Under the pieces are notes generated by a model. That model made no database searches. It saw nothing but the letters and a program-made list of their open reading frames with translations, and was not told where the DNA came from. A stretch of 64,000 nt of DNA from NCBI RefSeq assembly GCF_001194135.2, contig NC_068983.1, forward strand, positions 30,492,732 to 30,556,731, in the 5' to 3' direction. The translations under genes were made by a program, and so were the position numbers. Numbering within the stretch: the first letter of the stretch is position 1; each line of letters starts with the position of its first letter. This DNA comes from Octopus bimaculoides (lineage: Eukaryota). Positions 61,480 to 64,000 of the stretch are shown here, piece by piece.

Positions 61480-61980
61480 GTTTGTGTGCTATGTGTAATA
61501 TCTGACAGGGATGTTGCATGCTTGTACAGCAGAGCGGCTTTCGACTCTTCAATGGTATGATTTTTACCTATAATTTTGTACGGAAACGAAACTAGGACTA
61601 CAACGAAGAACAGAGGCTGGTAACTACTCAAAGAGTTATGGAAAGATCGATGCAGAGAGTATCGCTGAAAGAGCACATCCGAAGCGAAGCGAGCAGAGAG
61701 AAATCTGGCGTGAGAGACATCATCACCGAATACAGAAGGAAGACATTCAGATCGACTGGACAAATCGCTTGGTTCACTGACAATCGGTGGACTCGCGCAG
61801 TTGTCGAATAGTATCCGCGCGAGCAGAAGAGCCCACACAGAAGGCCTCCAAAACGGTGGGTTGGTGAAATACAAGCGTTTGGAGCTATGTAGACGAGAAA
61901 CGCACGATCAAGAGACGAATGGACGGTATGTTGTGACCAGCGGTGTCGAAACGACACCCGACATTCTGGTTGATTAAGGT
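61480..61980 (+). mobile_element. RTE-clade LINE 3' fragment
   Basis: LPIILYGNET, MERSMQRVSLKEHIRSE, FTDNRWTRAVVE*YPREQK...RRPPKRW. Confidence 0.8.
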
Positions 61981-63633
61981 GATATATATATTGCGTGTGT
62001 GTGTGTGTGTTTATTCACGTCATAAGAATTTATAAACTTTCGAGAGAACATTAAATAATTGAATGTGGATCTCAAAGCACATAAAGCTGTAAATAATACT
62101 TTCTGTTGGTGTGGGTGGGGAAGAAGGACAAATCGATTACATTGTCCCCAAAAGGAGAAAAGGTGAAGTCGGCCTCGGTGGAATTTGAACACGGAACTTA
62201 AGAACGGACGAAATGCATTTTGCCCGGCGTGCTAACGATTCTGCCAGCTCGCCGCCTTAAAGCTGTAAATAATAGCATGTAAATATTGGGTTGCAAAAAA
62301 CCCTTTTGGCTGGAAAAAGTTGAAGGCTGCCTTTGGGGAACAAAGCCACATCTGCAGACGTGATTCTACCGACTCTGTAGTCTTCCACCGATCTAGTTAT
62401 CTGTAATCTTCTCCTTTGTACATAATTCGTTTTCCATTTATCATTTCTTTCCCTTTTACTGTTTTTACCATTCATTTTCCTTTCAGCCACTGTTTTTTAC
62501 CTTCTCCATTCCTTTAGTATGATAGAAAGAAGGAATGCAAAAAGAGACATTTGACTCCATCTTTTATAATGTGTGCATGTGGAGGAGTGGAATAGGATAA
62601 ATAATCATGCTAATTACCAGTTCAAGCCCACCCAAACAGTACCGACCTTCTATATTCACAAGGTGGCAAGCTGGTAGACTAGTTAGCATGCCAGACAAAA
62701 TGCTTGTGGCATTTCATCTGTCTTCATGCTTGGAGTTCAAATTCCACCAAGGTCAACTTTGCTTTTCATCCTTTCAGTGTCGATAAAAGTAAGTACCAGT
62801 TGGACACTGGGGTCGATGTAATTGAGTTACACCATCCTCCGAAATTGCTGGCCTTGTGCCAAAATTTGAAACCAATATACTTCTATATTCCTATGTTATT
62901 TCACTGTTTTTTTTTAATCTTCAATTTATATATATAAAGAATTGTGAATATTTTGACTCTTTACTCATAATGAAAAAAATAATCAATATTAGAAAACAGC
63001 TATACTTATTTATTTTTATCATGAAGAAAATATTTCTAGTAAGAGGAGATATTGTGCATATTATAAAGTTATCATATTTTATACAGAAATTTTGTTTTTA
63101 CAAAAAAGAGGAGTAAAAAAAAAACTTCTGGCATGCAGTTCTAATGCTTGTTCATTCTACCAGTGAAGCTGAACAAACTAAATTTTTTTTTTTTAAATTG
63201 ACAGAATTCTAATTCTTCTCCTTTCCTTTTTTTTTTATCATTTTTTTCTTTTTTGAAATATTTTGAGAATTTTGCTTGTCATCTTTATATATATTTAGAT
63301 ACATACCCACACACACGGATTTGGACAGGTTCTGAGTTGACTGAGTTGTAGAGTGGTGGTTCGTCTCTAAATTAGTAATATATATATATATATACACATA
63401 TATATATATACATATTTAAACATTATATAGTTATTACACTTGATTTCTTTAGCAGACCTATTATTATCAGTGTTGTTGTTGTTATTATTGAAAACATTCC
63501 AAGTCTTTCCAAAACATTCCAAGACTTGCTAAAGCAGCATGAGAAAAGAAAAGAGAACATTGCAATGTCATCGAATGCAAATATTTGGTCTCTGTTGAGA
63601 GAGAAAGAAATAAGTTTTGAATGGGATTCCTCA

Positions 63634-64000
63634 TCTATATATATAAAAATGAGAATGTCTGTCTGTCTGTCTATCTGTCTGTCTGTCTGTCTGTCTGTGT
63701 GAATCCCTAAAACTCGAAAACTACGCAACCAATTTCATTCAAATTTTACACATGCCTTACTTAGGGTTCCAGTTGTGTTTTAGTCAAAAAAGTTTTTAAC
63801 TTCTTGCAGAGTTCGAGCACACGGCAACATAATATCTCCTCCACTATTTAAGTATTACGTGTCAAAAGTGAAACAAAAACACTCATGTCAAATACTTCCA
63901 CTTTAAAAATGAAACTATTCCACTAACTGAAACAATCACATTTCGATACTGTAATGACAGATACTTTCACAGAGAGAGAAAGAGAGAAAGAGAGAGACAG
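63634..64000 (+). mobile_element. Helitron-like non-autonomous element, 5' part
   Basis: a|tctatatatataaaa, (tgtc)n, then aactacgcaaccaatttcattcaaatttt, typical of Lep1/DINE-like heads. Confidence 0.6.

Noticed and set aside
1-64000. CRISPR arrays, operons or prokaryotic systems
   Set aside because: The sequence is intron-rich animal DNA; no fixed-length repeat-spacer array is present.

Overview
AT-rich, gap-containing eukaryotic DNA. Its SINE families, microsatellite load and LINE types point to a coleoid cephalopod, most likely Octopus (inference). The window lies almost wholly inside one long + strand gene. At least 8 exons (1271-49215) encode three 6-Cys EB/EGF-like modules, an EGF domain, a SEA domain split over three exons, and a calcium-binding EGF domain. 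This is a mucin-like or MUA-3/UMODL1-like extracellular glycoprotein whose start, TM segment and end are not seen. The introns hold tRNA-derived SINEs (often in head-to-tail arrays), Tx1/L1, RTE and R4-type LINE relics, and mariner, hAT, Chapaev-like and Helitron remnants. Three structures stand out. (1) A young Tx1/L1-clade LINE carries an inverted 5' segment with twin-priming geometry. (2) About 400 bp away lies a decayed RACK1 processed pseudogene with an inverted 5' segment, poly(A) and a degenerate TSD. (3) A palindromic element joins a tRNA-like Pol III head to Penelope-type minimal hammerhead ribozyme arms. All calls come from manual reading without database searches; repeat boundaries are approximate.
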